64,000 bases of DNA. It comes from Macrostomum lignano. Lineage: Eukaryota. Below the pieces are notes generated by a model that was given only the letters and a program-made list of their open reading frames with translations, was not told where the DNA came from and searched no databases. Location of the stretch: the NCBI GenBank assembly GCA_002269645.1, contig NIVC01000172.1:1-64000 (forward strand). Direction: 5' to 3'. Below are positions 1-13,620 of the stretch, in pieces; position 1 is the stretch's first letter; the number at the start of each line of letters is the position of its first letter. The translations under genes were made by a program, and so were the position numbers.

Positions 1-684
1 AGTGATGTTGGCTAGATTAGCAATCCATTCTATTCCTTCATCGGTGATGTTGGCTAGATCAGCAATCAAAGATAGAATTTTCAGCTTCCTCATATTCTAA
101 GAGGTCATGATCGGATTAACAGAATGCATAAAACGAAGTAATTTTATCAAAAGCGTCGAAATTTCCTTACCGAGCTACTCCTCAGCTGTGTGGCAGTAGC
201 ATGCTGGGAACATCGTCAGTAATATTCACTAATTTAGCTGAAAAGCCGCAGCATGAAAAAGGCGCGGTTGCTGCACGGATGGCCAGCAGCTCTCGACCGC
301 GCTGAGGACTAAATGGAATTTTGATGTTCAAAAGAAAATAATTTTTCCATTACTTGTTGAAGCAAGACCTGATGAAGCAGAGTTTCTGCCCGGAATCCCT
401 GCCTAGGTGAGCTGCAGCAAATCTGATTTCAGAATCGATCAAAACTGTTTTAAAATTCATTCTGAGTTGCTGCCTACCTTTGCAGACATCAATGTCAACT
501 TTTGTAAATCTCGATTTAGTAGTCATGATGGGGCTTTGAGGAAATCTTACTGCCTCCATCAGTTGTACGAGCAGTATTCATAATTCCTAAAGTATCGGTA
601 AAAATTGGGGTCGACTTAGTTCGAAAATCTTCTTATCTTAATTTACAGTCGGAATTTCAAGTCATATCCTGTTTGTAAACTGTG

Positions 685-895
685 CTAGACTAGATTAGAT
701 TAGACTAGATTAGATTAGATTAGACTAGATTAGATTAGATTAGACTAGATTAGATTAGATTAGACTAGATTAGATTAGAATTTGACTAAACTAAACTAGT
801 CTAGATTAGAAATAGATTAGGCTATATTAGAATTAGACTAGATTAGATTAGAAGAAGACTAGATTATATTAGGAAGACTTGATTAGATTAGAACT
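685..895. repeat. (TAGAT)n / CTAGATTAGATTAGATTAGA microsatellite
   Basis: Direct tandem repeat visible in sequence. Confidence 0.9.
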
Positions 896-912
896 AATAT
901 AATCAAGGACAA

Positions 913-2160
913 GATATCACAGCTATCACAGATCACAGATTTCACAGATATCACAGACATCACAAATATCACAGCTATCACAGATATCACCTATCACAGG
1001 TATCATAGGTATATCACAGATATCACAGCTATCACAGGTATCACAGCTAGCACAGATATCACAGATATCACAGGTATCACAGCTAGCACAGATATCACAG
1101 ATATCACAGCTATCACAGATATCACAGATATCACAGCTATCACAGCTATCACAGATATCACAGCTATCACAGGTATCATAGGTATATCACAGATATCACA
1201 GCTATCACAGGTATCACAGATATCACAGACATCACAGCTATCACAGCTATCACAGCTATCACAGGTATCACAGCTATCACAGATATCACAGATATCACAG
1301 CTATCACAGCTATCACAGATATCACAGCTATCACAGGTATCACAGCTATCACAGATATCACAGATATCACAGGTATCACAGATATCACAGACATCACAGC
1401 TATCACAGCTATCACAGCTATTACAGATATCACAGCTATCACAGATATCACAGACATCACAGCTATCACAGATATCACAGCTATCACAGATATCACAGAT
1501 ATCACAGCTATCACAGCTATCACAGCTATCACAGATATCACAGCTATCGCAGGTATCATAGGTATATCACAGATATCACAGCTATCACAGCTATCACAGA
1601 TATCACAGCTATCACAGGTATCATAGCCAACACAGCTATAACAGGTATCACAGCTATCACAGATATCACAGACATCACACAGCTATCACAGATATCACAG
1701 ATATCACAGATATCACAGCTATCACAGATATCACAGCTATCACAGATATCACAGCTATCACAGCTATCACAGATATCACAGCTATCACAGCTATCACAGA
1801 TATCACAGCTATCACAGATATCACATCTATCACAGCTATCACAGATATCACAGCTATCACAGCTATCACAAGTATCACAGATATCATAGCTATCACAGGT
1901 ATCATAGGTATATCACAGATATCACCTATCACAGGTATCATAGGTATATCACAGATATCACAGCTATCACAGGTATCACAGCTAGCACAGATATCACAGA
2001 TATCACAGGTATCACAGCTATCACAGATATCACAGGTATCACAGCTATCACAGATATCACAGGTATCACAGCTATCACAGATATCACAGCTATCACAGAT
2101 ATCACAGATATCACAGCTATCACAGGTATCACAGATATCACAGCTATCACAGATATCACA
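913..2160. repeat. 9-bp minisatellite ATCACAG(A/C/G)T
   Basis: Tandem ATCACAGAT/ATCACAGCT/ATCACAGGT units; source of the spurious VIAVIS ORFs. Confidence 0.95.
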
Positions 2161-2534
2161 ACAGTCGAATCCCTCTCTTGTTTTAATTGAGACTCTTCTG
2201 TCTCATACAATCTTTTCCATCTCTAACTGACTTTAACGGTAGATAAAGCCACCTGCACGAGGAGTTGGTAGGGAGCACATAACCAACGTCTTTATTCTCT
2301 CCTCAGCTCAATCGAGTGCATACTCAACAGGAAAAAGCTTTCTTTGCGATTGCCAACTGTCAGAGGCCGTGCAGCTGACTAAACAATTTGGTCTCGCAGC
2401 TTTACGACAAAATATTTTCAATATTTGTTAGAGTAGTCATATAATTTATAATTTTTAGGATTTTGTGGGGAATAAAACGAATAAAATTAATGGGATTAGG
2501 GAAGAAGTTAAAAATGTTATCTATTCACAACTAC

Positions 2535-2852
2535 TCATTGTCTACTTTTCAAGATCTCACTGTCTACTTATCTAACTCTCACTGTCTACTTCTCTAGATC
2601 TCACTGCCTACTTCTCAAGATCTCACTGTCTACTTCTCTAAATCTCACTGTTTACTTCTCTAAATCTCACTGTCTAATTCTCTAGGTCTTACTGTCTACT
2701 TCTCTAGATCTCACTGTCTACTTTTCAAGATCTTACTGTTTACTTCTCTAGATCTCACTGCCTACTTCTCTAGATCTCACTGCCTACTTCTCTAAATCTC
2801 ACTGTCTACTTCTCTAGATCTCACTGTCTACTTCTCTAGATCTCACTGTCTC
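2535..2852. repeat. 22-bp minisatellite TCTCACTGTCTACTTCTCTAGA
   Basis: Direct tandem copies, downstream of the Cys-loop receptor stop codon. Confidence 0.9.
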
Positions 2853-2965
2853 ATTTGTTCTGATCTCAGATTTATTCTCATTTCCAAAGCAACGCTGCAA
2901 GCAGATCGCGTACAGAATGAGTTTATAATTTAATCAGTTGATCAGTGCATTTGCTTTCAAGCGAG

Positions 2966-5900
2966 TCACAGAATCTTCAAATACAAAGTCCAATAGACAA
3001 TGTTGAACAGGCAGAAAAGCGTGGGGAACAACACCTTGGAGACCTCGTCTATCCTGCTCACTGAGTTGATCCGCCTTGGCGATCGGGAGGCCAGCTTCAT
3101 CTGCTTATAGCGGGAGCTGCCGCGCAAGCAGTTCAAGAAGGCGTAGGCGCACGAGTCGCGGAACCTGCTGCTGCACTCGCCATCGGGCTTGCCGCACTTG
3201 CTGCCGTTGCCTGCGTCTGCTGGCGCCTGCTGCTCCTGGGTGCCGCTGGAGTGCGATGTGTTGGGGCGATCATTTGGTCCTTTGGCGCAACATCGAAGAC
3301 ATTTTGGCACCTTATCCGATCATTTAGCGCTTCATTCAATAAGTTGGCTCCTCATTCAATCATTTTGCGCCTCATTCAATCATTTGGCGCCTCATTCTAT
3401 AATTTGGCGCTTCATTCAATAATTTGGCTCCTCATTCAATCATTTGGCGCCTCATTCAATCATTTGGCGCCTCATTCAATCATTTGGCGCCTCATTCTAT
3501 CATTTGGCGCCTCATTCTATAATTTGGCGCTTCATTCAATAATTTGGCTCCTCATTCAATCATTTGGCTCCTCATTCAATCATTTGGCGCCTCATTCAAT
3601 CATTTGGCTCCTCATTCAATCATTTGGCGCCTCATTCAATAATTTGGCTCCTCATTCAATCATTTGGCTCCTCATTCAATCATTTGGCTCCTCATTCAAT
3701 CATTTGGCGCCTCATTCAATCATTTGGCTCCTCATTCAATCATTTGGCGCCTCATTCTATAATTTGGCGCTTCATTCAATCATTTGGCTCCTCATTCAAT
3801 CATTTGGCGCCTCATTCAATCATTTGGCTCCTCATTCAATCATTTGGCGCCTCATTCTATAATTTGGCTCCTCATTCAATCATTTTGCGCCTCATTCAAT
3901 CATTTGGCGCCTCATTCTATAATTTGGCGCTTCATTCAATAATTTGGCTCCTCATTCAATCATTTGGCGCCTCATTCAATAATTTGGCGCCTCATTCAAT
4001 CATTTGGCGCCTCATTCAATCATTTGGCGCCTCATTCAATCATTTGGCGCCTCATTCAATCATTTGGCGCCTCATTCTATAATTTGGCGCTTCATTCAAT
4101 AATTTGGCTCCTCATTCAATCATTTGGCTCCTCATTCAATCATTTGGCGCCTCATTCAATCATTTGGCTCCTCATTCAATCATTTGGCGCCTCATTCAAT
4201 AATTTGGCTCCTCATTCAATCATTTGGCTCCTCATTCAATCATTTGGCTCCTCATTCAATCATTTGGCGCCTCATTCAATCATTTGGCTCCTCATTCAAT
4301 CATTTGGCGCCTCATTCTATAATTTGGCGCTTCATTCAATCATTTGGCTCCTCATTCAATCATTTGGCGCCTCATTCAATCATTTGGCTCCTCATTCAAT
4401 CATTTGGCGCCTCATTCTATAATTTGGCGCCTCATTCTATCATTTGGCGCCCCATTGAATATATTTTAGTACCTCATCCAATCATTTGGCACCTCATCCG
4501 ATCATCATGGCTTCTCATCCGATCACTGTGGCGCCTCACTGGGTCCAGCCCACCAAACACAGCGACCCACCGTGGTGACTGCGGCTGCCTGCGGCTGCTG
4601 GCCGGCCTCGCCTGTCCGTACCGAAACCGGCCACCACCACCGCCGCCGTCGGCCCTCGCCGTCGCCGTCGGCGTCGCCTCTCCGTCGTCGTCGCCGCTGT
4701 CGTCGCCGCCACGGCCGGTGATCTCAACCAGAGTCAGATGGCACTCGCCGCTGCTCACCTTGGTGAAGTAGTGCACCGACGCGAACTCGATGATGGTGGC
4801 GAGGATCAGGGCGAAGCACATGCCGACGTACCAGTCCAGGGCGGTGCCGTAGTTCACCCTGGGCAGGTCCTGCCGGTTGTCCATGCCCAGGAAGGTCATG
4901 GTGAGCACCGTGGTTGTGCTCAGCTCGATCCGATCTGACGTGGCCTCCCGGTTGATCCAGAAGCCAACCCAGCTCAGCACCACCAGCAGGCTGCAGGGAA
5001 AGTACAGCTGGAAAGGTGGGGTGACACACTCAGCTTATTGGATCTCCATCTCTGCTTCTCCCTATATCCCTCTGCCTCTGCTTCTCCCTCTCGCCCTCTC
5101 CCTCTCGCCCTCTCCCTCCCGCTCTCTCCCTCTTTCCTAACTCTTGAAGTCTCTCCCTTTTTCTCTCGCCCTCTCCCTCTCGCCCTCTCCCTCTCGCCCT
5201 CTCCCTCTCGCCCTCTCACTCTCGCCCTCTCCCTCTCGCCCTCTCCCTCTCCCTCCCGCTCTCTCCCTATCACCCTCTTCCTCTCGCCCTCTCACTCTCA
5301 CTCTCGCCCTCTCACTCTCGGCCTCTCACTCTCGCCCTCTCACTCTCGCCATCTCCCCCTCTCCTTCTCGCCCTCTCACTCTTTCCTACCTCTTGAAGTC
5401 TCTCCCTTTTTCTCTCGCCCGCTCCCTCTCGCCTGTCTCCCTCTCTTTTCCATTTCGCCCTCTACCCTCTCTCCCCCTTGCCCTCGAAACGGTGAGCAGA
5501 AATGCCTGATTCCGTCAAAACAACCCAAGTTTCATCCTCCTTCCCTCAAATAATTTTTCCAACTTCGCAATTCCGCAGGCCACTGAGCCTGCAAACCCAG
5601 CAATCATTTCGGCAGCTAAAAATCTAAAAAAGAAACCAGACAGATGGCTTATCACCACCGGCTGTCTGCAGTGTTTGGGAATTCCGGCCGGTCTATAAAC
5701 AATGCCATCGCGGGAGCTGATGCGCCGTACAATTTTATGATTAGGATTAAAACGACAGGGGCGAGATGTTGGGGCAGTTTCAATTGATTCTATCTAGACT
5801 TGAGGGAGCCTTTTTAAGGCTGCATGGCTTTTAGATTAGCAAAATGGCAAATTCATGGCGGCTATAATTGCCAATTAATTATCATTCTGCCGGGGGGGGG

Positions 5901-8900
5901 GGGTCGCCAGCCCTCATGCGTTGGACTTCCCCAATAGACTAATCAGCACTACTGCTCCTGATATTGGCCCTGTCTTGGATGCATTAAGAAATGTGCCGCT
6001 TATTTCACTCTACCTCTACAGTTCTCTGAATCTGCTTCAACAGTTCTTCAAATCTGCTTCAACAGTTCTTGGAATCTGCTTATACAGTTCTTGGAATCTG
6101 CTTCAACAGTTCTTGGAATCTGCTTCAACAGTTCTTGGAATCTGCTTCAACAGTTCTTGGAATCTGCCTCTGAAGTTCTTGGAATCTGCCTCTGAAGTTC
6201 TTGGAATCTGCCGCTACAGTTCTTGGAATCTGCCGCTACAGTTCTTGGAATCTGCCGCTACAGTTCTTGGAATCTGCCTCTGAAGTTCTTGGAATCTGCC
6301 GCTACAGTTCTCTGAATCTGCTACAGTTCTTGGAATCTGCCTCTGAAGTTCTTGGAATCTGCCTCTGAAGTTCTTGGAATCTGCCTCTGAAGTTTTTGGA
6401 ATCTGTCTCCGAAGTTCTTGGAATCTGCCTCTGAAGTTCTTGGAATCTGCCTCTGAAGTTCTTGGAATCTGCCGCTACAGTTCTTGGAATCTGCCTCTGA
6501 AGTTCTTGGAATCTGCCGCTACAGTTCTTGGAATCTGCCTCTGAAGTTCTTGGAATCTGCCGCTACAGTTCTTGGAATCTGCCTCTGAAGTTCTTGGAAT
6601 CTGCCTCTGAAGTTCTTGGAATCTGCCGCTACAGTTCTTGGAATCTGCCTCTGAAGTTCTTGGAATCTGCCGCTACAGTTCTTGGAATCTGCCGCTACAG
6701 TTCTTGGAATCTGCCGCTACAGTTCTCTGAATCTGCTTCAACAGTTCTTGGAATCTGCCTCTGCAGTTCTCTGAACCTGCCTCTCCAGTTCTCTGAACCT
6801 GCCTCTTCAGTTCTCTGAATTTGCCTCTTCAGTTCTCTGAACCTGCCTCTCCAATGATTACATTCAATTTACTTACCCCAGACTCTCAGAGCCGTCCCCA
6901 ATTCCTCATCTGCCCCAACCCTTTACTCAAAACTTTGAGCACAACAACACAAAACTCATTTTAAGCTAAGCAGTGAAGCGAATCCCCAGGCCAAGTTTTG
7001 GCAGTTCTGTTTCCCCTTTTTAGCCAATTCTGAAAATCAATTTCTGTCAACGCTGGCGTCTGTCAGAAGAAAACAAAAAACTGGCTGAGAAGTGAGTTTC
7101 GCCTACTGAGGAGAAATCTCCCTAAACAGGGGGCAGCAGCTGCTTGAAGACTCGGACAGGATTTCCCACCCCTCTTTCCCCCAGCAACAGATGTTCCCTG
7201 AGCGGCTACTCAACAGCCAAAAGGGACATCTCTAGATGGGAGTTCTTCCGCGCGATAAAATATGGGACATTGGGATAATTCTCCCGTAGAAGAGGCGGCT
7301 CACGCCTCGGTGCAGACAGGCAATTGGATCGCTAATTGATTGGAAGCTTGGAAGACGAAATCAAATTGAAGGGAGAGAATTTCTCTGGTGGGAAGATTTG
7401 CCTCACAGACTGGCCGCAGAGGAAGACAGAAGTCAAATCCCCAAATCCCACGGGTTCGGGAAGGTCGGGTCTCTGGACAAGGGCGATGACGGAGACAAGC
7501 TGCGATTCCCCCATGTTGCCCGTCCCTGGGTTTTGAATGGCCAATTAGTGCTGCGATGATGGATAAAGTCTGTTTCCTGTCTTCTGACCAATGACATTGG
7601 CCCAACTTTGGCTGACAGGTTCTTAAATATCCCTGTGCTAGTTATTGGCCTGGATTCTTTGTATTTGTTAACTTCATTTTTGATTGCATCGTCTATAATC
7701 TAATGAGGAAATTATCCCAATAAGTGTTTTAGATGGGGAAATCCAATAGGGAAAATTATCCCAATCTGTGTGTTAGATGGGGAAATCCAATAGGGAAAAT
7801 TATCCCAATCTGTGTGTTAGATAAGGATTTCAGTGGGGAAAATTATCCCAATCTGTGTGTTAGATGGGGAAATCCAATAGAGAAAATTATCCCAATCTGT
7901 GTGTTAGATGGGGAAATCCAATAGAGAAAATTATCCCAATCTGTGTGTTAGATAGGGAAATCCAATAGGGAAAATTATCCCAATCTGTGTGTTAGATAGG
8001 GAAATCCAATAGGGAAAATTATCCCAATCTGTGTGTTAGATAGGGAAATCCAATAGGGAAAATTATCCCAATCTGTGTGTTAGATGGGGAAATCCAATAG
8101 GGAAAATTATCCCAATCTGTGTGTTAGATGGGGAAATCCAATAGGGAAAATTATCCCAATCTGTGTGTTAGATGGGAAATCCAATAGGGAAAATTATCCC
8201 AATCTGTGTGTTAGATGGGGAAATCCAATAGGGAAAATTATCCCAATCTGTGTGTTAGATAGGGAAATCCAATTGGGAAAATTATCCCAATCTGTGTGTT
8301 AGATAGGGAAATCCAATTGGGAAAATTATCCCAATCTGTGTGTTAGATGGGGAAATCCAATAGGGAAAATTATCCCAATCTGTGTGTTAGATGGGGAAAT
8401 CCAATTGGGAAAATTATCCCAATCTGTGTGTTAGATGGGGAAATCCAATAGGGAAAATTATCCCAATCTGTGTGTTAGATGGGGAAATCCAATAGGGAAA
8501 ATTATCCCAATCTGTGTGTTAAATTGGGAATTCAGTAGGGAAAATTATCCCAAATAGTTTTTCTTCAATCGGGAATACTGCAGGAAATGTTTCTTAATGC
8601 CGTCTGCTTGAAGTGGACTGGATAATTAAAGGCCTTAATAAACTAGAAAAATTGATCCCATACCCACCTGAATTAGGAAATATCCCATGTGCCGGTGCAG
8701 CTCGAAGTCGCACAGCAGCACCGAAAATCGGCCCCGGCGGCCGATGCGACGGTCGGCCTTCTTGATGAATGTTTCTAAAAATAGAACTGATCGTTGCGGC
8801 GCAAATCCAAACCGTTTCAAGTGGCGGCGTCTCCGGGATTTTTCAAGGTGGAAAATTCCCTATTCTAAAAGACTGATCCCGTTGTGTTTGGGAGCTTTCT

Positions 8901-10282
8901 TAACTAATTGATTTTTAGCCTGATATTGCAGTGATGCTATTGGTGACACTGCGGTTCTGTTGGTGACTGTGAGGTTGTGATGGTGACTGTGAGGTTGTAA
9001 AAGTGACTGAGAGGTTTTGATGGTGACTATAAGGTTCTGTTGGTGACTGTGAGGTTGTGATGGAGACTGTGAGGTTGTGATGGAGACTGAGAGGTTGTGA
9101 TGGTGACTGTGAGGTTGTGATGGTGATTTTGAGGCTCTGTTGGTGACTGTGAGGTTGTGATGGTGACTGTGAGGTTGTGATGGTGACCGTGAGGTTGTGA
9201 TGGTGATTTTGAGGCTCTGTTGGTGACTGTGAGGTTGTGATGGTGACTGTGAGGTTGTGATGGTGACTGTGAGGTTGTGATGGTGACTGTGAGGTTGTGA
9301 TGGTGATTTTGAGGCTCTGTTGGTGACTGTGAGGTTGTGATGGTGACTGTGAGGTTGTGATGGTGACTGTGAGGTTGTGATGGTGATTTTGAGGCTCTGT
9401 TGGTGACTGTGAGGTTGTGATGGTGATTTTGAGGCTCTGTTGGTGACTGTGAGGTTGTGATGGTGACTGTGAGGTTGTGATGGTAACTGTGAGGTTGTGA
9501 TGGTGACTGTGAGGTTGTGATGGTGACTGTGAGGTTGTGATGGTGACTGTGAGGTTGTGATGGTGATTGTGAGGTTGTGATGGTGACTATGAGTTGATGA
9601 AGCTCAAAATCCATTCTGCATCAAGTGAAATACTTTTCAGGTCGAACTGAGACAGCAGCAAGTCCCTGTTGAGCTGAATTGACTGGTCTCCCAGGCTCCA
9701 CTCGAAGATGACGTCATCGTCGGTGTAGCCATGGCTGCTGATCTCCAGCGGACAGGTCTGGTTGTCCATAGGAAACTTCAGCAGGTCCATGGGACAGGTG
9801 GCCTTGATGGTGAGTCGCATTGAGTACAGAATCTCGCCGGTGTTCTTGATTCTGAACAGCACATTGGGCGAGGTGATGTTGTGCAGGTACGAACCCATGC
9901 CGTTCACAATGTAGGTATCCGGTTTCCAGATCTCCCTCAGCATTTTCTCGTTAAGCTGCAGGTGAGTGAAGTTGTCGTGAGCCGGGAACGTCAGGCGGGT
10001 GTCAGTCCACTCCTGGCGGAAGTAGCAGTCGAAGGAGTAGATCATGGACCTCTCTGAGATCGGGCCCATGCTGCGGATGTTCATGTTGATTCGAATCTTG
10101 ATCGGTCCGCGACCAAAGTCGGGTCGTAAATTCCTGTCGTAGTCGTCCAGCAGACGGTTGAGCGTCTCGGTGACGTTCTTGGTCATCTCGGTGTGGTTGA
10201 CGCCCTCGGAGTACATCATGCAGTGCGCCGGCTGCAGCGCCAGCAGCAGCAGAAGCAGAGCGAATCCGTTCAACAGAAGCAT
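2966..10282 (-). CDS. Grd: Cys-loop ligand-gated ion channel subunit, GABA-receptor family, GRD-like (~497 aa)
   Basis: Exons 10282-9634, 8774-8668, 5007-~4540 and ~3235-2966 (phases 1, 0, 0; the last junction is uncertain). Signal peptide, WKPDTY, Cys-loop CPMDLLKFPMDNQTC, pre-M1 LHRHMGYFLIQLYFPC, M2 ATSDRIELSTTTVLTMTFLG, M3 followed by HYFTKVSSGEC, M4 IDEVSKVLFPTLFCLFNIVYW. M2-M3 resembles Drosophila GRD as recalled (ATADR...TTVLTMTFLG; HYYTKYGSGEC). Confidence 0.9.
3320..4470. repeat. 20-bp intronic minisatellite CATTTGGC(G/T)CCTCATTCAAT
   Basis: Tandem array in the intron that splits the M3-M4 loop of the receptor gene. Confidence 0.95.
5060..5480. repeat. CT-rich low-complexity repeat (CTCTCGCCCTCTCC-type)
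   Basis: Visible degenerate tandem units in intron 2. Confidence 0.85.
6020..6850. repeat. 22-bp minisatellite GCCTCTGAAGTTCTTGGAATCT
   Basis: Tandem array in intron 2. Confidence 0.95.
7705..8555. repeat. 44-bp minisatellite GATGGGGAAATCCAATAGGGAAAATTATCCCAATCTGTGTGTTA
   Basis: Period 44 (agatgg at 7731 and 7775), in intron 2. Confidence 0.95.
8950..9595. repeat. 20-bp minisatellite GTGAGGTTGTGATGGTGACT
   Basis: Fills intron 1 of the receptor gene; same unit recurs at 16640-17460. Confidence 0.95.
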
Positions 10283-10464
10283 GGCTTGGACAGACTTCTA
10301 ACGCTAAGCTTTGCAGCTTTGGCCGTATTATGGCCATGCTGGGCTGGCTTCTTCCCTGCTCCCATTGGCCCTGCCAAGCTAGGGCGGGAATACTGGAGTG
10401 ACCAGAGACTTGGAATGGCTTTGGAACTGGGACTGTAGGGCTGTGACTGCATGGAGACATATAC

Positions 10465-11100
10465 GGGTAGAGAGGAGAGAGTAGAGAAGGGAGAGAGCAG
10501 ATGGGAGAGAGCAGAGATGGGGAGAGCAGTGAAGGAAGAGAGGAGAGAGGGAAGAGAGCAGAGAAGGAAGAGAAGAGAGAAGGAAGAGAAAAGAGAAGGG
10601 AGAGAGCAGAGAAGGGAGAGGGGAGAAAAGGAAGAGAGCAGAGATGGGAGAGAACAGAGATGGGAGAGAGCAGAGATGGGAGAGAGCAGAGATGGGAGAG
10701 AGCAGAGAAGGGAGAGAGCAGAGAAGGGAGAGAGCAGAGAAGTTAGAGCAGAGATGGGAGAGAGCAGAGATGGGAGAGAGCAGAGATGGGAGAGAGCAGA
10801 GGTGGGAGAGAGCAGAGATGGGAGAGAGCAGAGATGGGAGAGAGCAGAGATGGGAGAGAGCAGAGAAGGGAGAGAGCAGAGAAGGGAGAGAGCAGAGATG
10901 GGAGAGAGCAGAGATGGGAGAGAGCAGAGATGGGAGAGAGCAGAGATGGGAGAGAGCAGAGGTGGGAGAGAGCAGAGAAGGGAGAGAGCAGAGATGGGAG
11001 AGAGCAGAGATGGGAGAGAGCAGAGATGGGAGAGAGCAGAGATGGGAGAGAGCAGAGATGGGAGAGAGCAGAGAAGGGCAGAGAGCAGAGAGCAGAGAAA
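10465..11100. repeat. 16-bp GA-rich minisatellite GGAGAGAGCAGAGATG
   Basis: Tandem array upstream of the receptor ATG. Confidence 0.95.
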
Positions 11101-11869
11101 TCAATCATATTTAAACGCAAAGGCGGAGCAGCTGTCTCAGCCCTGGTGCAGCTAAGAAAATGTGCATCCCCACAGAGAAATTCGTGATAATTTCCTGCCA
11201 AATTCCCCCCCCCCCAGTCTCCTCAGCCCTCGATCTGCTGACGAAAAATTAACCGATTGAAGTCCCAAAAATATAACGACGAGTTCAGCATTACAGCTAC
11301 TAACAGTAGAAAGGGATGCAAGCTTGCGCATTTAACTCAGCTAAAATAAAATTTCAAGCAGACTGACCTACGGGCAATTAAATAAGGAGATGCAGTTGTC
11401 TTCCTTTGATGTTTCTTACGTAATCTAATATTGCAATGCACAACCGAATGCAGTGTGGTGTTTGCGCACTTTCCGCTACCTGAGGCAGTTAATCATTTTG
11501 TTTTGTGTTGCATCTCGGTTCCAGCCGGTTGGCGGCGGGGCCCAAGCAGGCGGTGTCGCGAGCTGATTGGCTGAGCGTACGTCTCTCTCCCCCCTTTTCT
11601 CTGACACTCTGCCCTGCGCTAATTGGCTAAGCCAGGTTTCAGCAAATTCAGTTGTCCGGCGGCCCTCGATTGGGTCCTTTGAAACTTCACAGTAGCAATC
11701 CGACCCGCTCAAGGCTTGTGTCTCATTAGCTCTCTTCTCTCTTCTTTATCTTATATCTATCAGTTTGATTTACATCACTGTTACATTACATATTATTATC
11801 TATGTACATCTATGTTATACATTATCTGTATTGAAACCGCCAATCTAACAGCGCGAGTGATTTGAGCTT

Positions 11870-12078
11870 CCTACCTGCTGTCTGTCTGCCTGCCTGCCTG
11901 TCTGTCTATCTGTCTGTCTGTCTATCTGCCTGTCTGTCTGTCTGTCTATCTGTCTGTCTACCTGTCTGTCTGTCTGCCTGTCTGCCTGCCTGTCTGTCTA
12001 TCTGTCTGCCTGCCTGTCTGTCTGTCTGTCTGCCTGCCTGCCTGTCTGTCAGTCTGTCTGTCTACCTGTCTATCAGTC
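11870..12078. repeat. (CTGT/CTGC/CTAT)n microsatellite
   Basis: Direct tetranucleotide repeat. Confidence 0.9.
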
Positions 12079-12660
12079 AGAAAATGCAGTGCTCGAACAC
12101 GCAACAGCATTAAAAATCGTGAATTATATTAGCAAGAACACGAAAGGCTGGTTAAATGAATACCAAAACTGTCTTTATACACGACAGATCCTATGTTCAT
12201 TCTATTCCTGCTCAAAATGGGTAAATTTATATTTATATATATGATTACAAACCTAGTCACTAGCACAGACGGGCAGCTAAAGCCAGGACCAGCTGCATTC
12301 GCTACAGCGCTGTAAAACTGAGGACAGGGCAAAGAGAAAAAACAAAACAAGCACACACTGCCATGTAAGTTAATGGGCTGAATGCAAAAAAATGAAAAAA
12401 ACCACCTTCCAAATATTTAGCAAGGAGAAAGGACAAAGGCAACAACACTAATCGGCTTTGATGAAATAATTAAGCAACTCTGACTAGAAATGTTATTGGC
12501 TCATTATTAACGATTAGAAGCAGAACAAGCCAATCAGGAAATACAGGATTAATTTTAAAAGCTGCTACTTGCAGTACGATAATTCTATTTGTCATTTTTC
12601 AGCTACAAACCGATATGTATCGAAATCACCTGTATTTTTAGCTAGAGGCAGGGGGCATTA

Positions 12661-12800
12661 CTGCCCATTCCGCCGACTCCCCCACGTACGCAGTCATATA
12701 CGCACAGGCACACATTCACATAGCCATAACTTTATTAATCGTTAGGCATGTACACTTCACTGTGCCTTGGGGGGTGGCCCTCAAGGCCGTTAATTGCACG
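12661..12800. repeat. Unidentified bipartite dispersed repeat, copy A
   Basis: CTGCCCATTCCGC...GCCTTGGGGGGTGGCCCTCA; related copies at 40830-40911 and 55033-55150. Confidence 0.6.
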
Positions 12801-13620
12801 AGCAGAGCCAAGCCGAGATTCCAATTCAGCCCCAAATTAATGTGACTGCACTCTGAATCGAGCCTGGGCCGCTGGCACACCAGAGCGCAGCGCTGGACAA
12901 CTGGGCTACGGCCCCTTTATCTCCCGATAGGTTAATACATTTTCTAGAACACAGATTTAAAAGTACACACGAAACAATTAGTTAAGAAGATTTTTAATTT
13001 AATTATGACATGACTAGATGCTGTTGTTATAAACATACGATAAAAAACTACCTGGACTACTGCAGTGAGTAAAACAAAAAGATTGAAATGGTAATTTTAA
13101 AATACGATCTTAAAACAAGGGTCTGAAAATGCAGCAAACATTATGGGGCAAACTGACTGCGAAGCACAAACTCAAATATTCTTAAGCTGCGGGTTAAACT
13201 AAGCTTTACACACTGCAAACCTTTGTTAGTAGGAGATAAAAACACAACTTAACGAAATAATTGATTGTGACAAAATATTTTTTAAATTTAGTATAAAAAT
13301 TCTTGCATTGCTACTCACAAAGCATCCGAATAAGATTAGTAGTATAACTAGGGGACAAACAAACAGATGTCTATTAACTCAAGGGTCACAGCAATTCTCT
13401 CGCATTGATTGATTGACATGTGCGAATCTTCAATGACTACTATCAGTAATATTACAAATAATCTGTATGTCTATTTCTAACCGGATGAAAACGGTACCCA
13501 GGCCAAGAAGCATTTTGCATTTATAACAACTCTAAGTCTAATTGAGTTAGTATTGATAGAAAGTTAAGCGCTAACACAGCGACTGACTATATTAATTACA
13601 AAAATATCGAGTTAAAGGCT

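Noticed and set aside
240-600. Possible small exons of a gene entering from the left
   Set aside because: Donor-like motifs on both strands but no recognisable protein or phase-consistent partner exon.
4759-4760. Strong donor AAG|GTGAGC after HYFTK in the receptor gene
   Set aside because: The downstream residues VSSGEC match the GRD continuation (YGSGEC as recalled), so the exon likely continues; an alternative isoform is not excluded.
3251-4771. Plus-strand HSIIWRLIQSFGA repeat ORFs
   Set aside because: Products of the intronic 20-bp array, antisense to a real gene.
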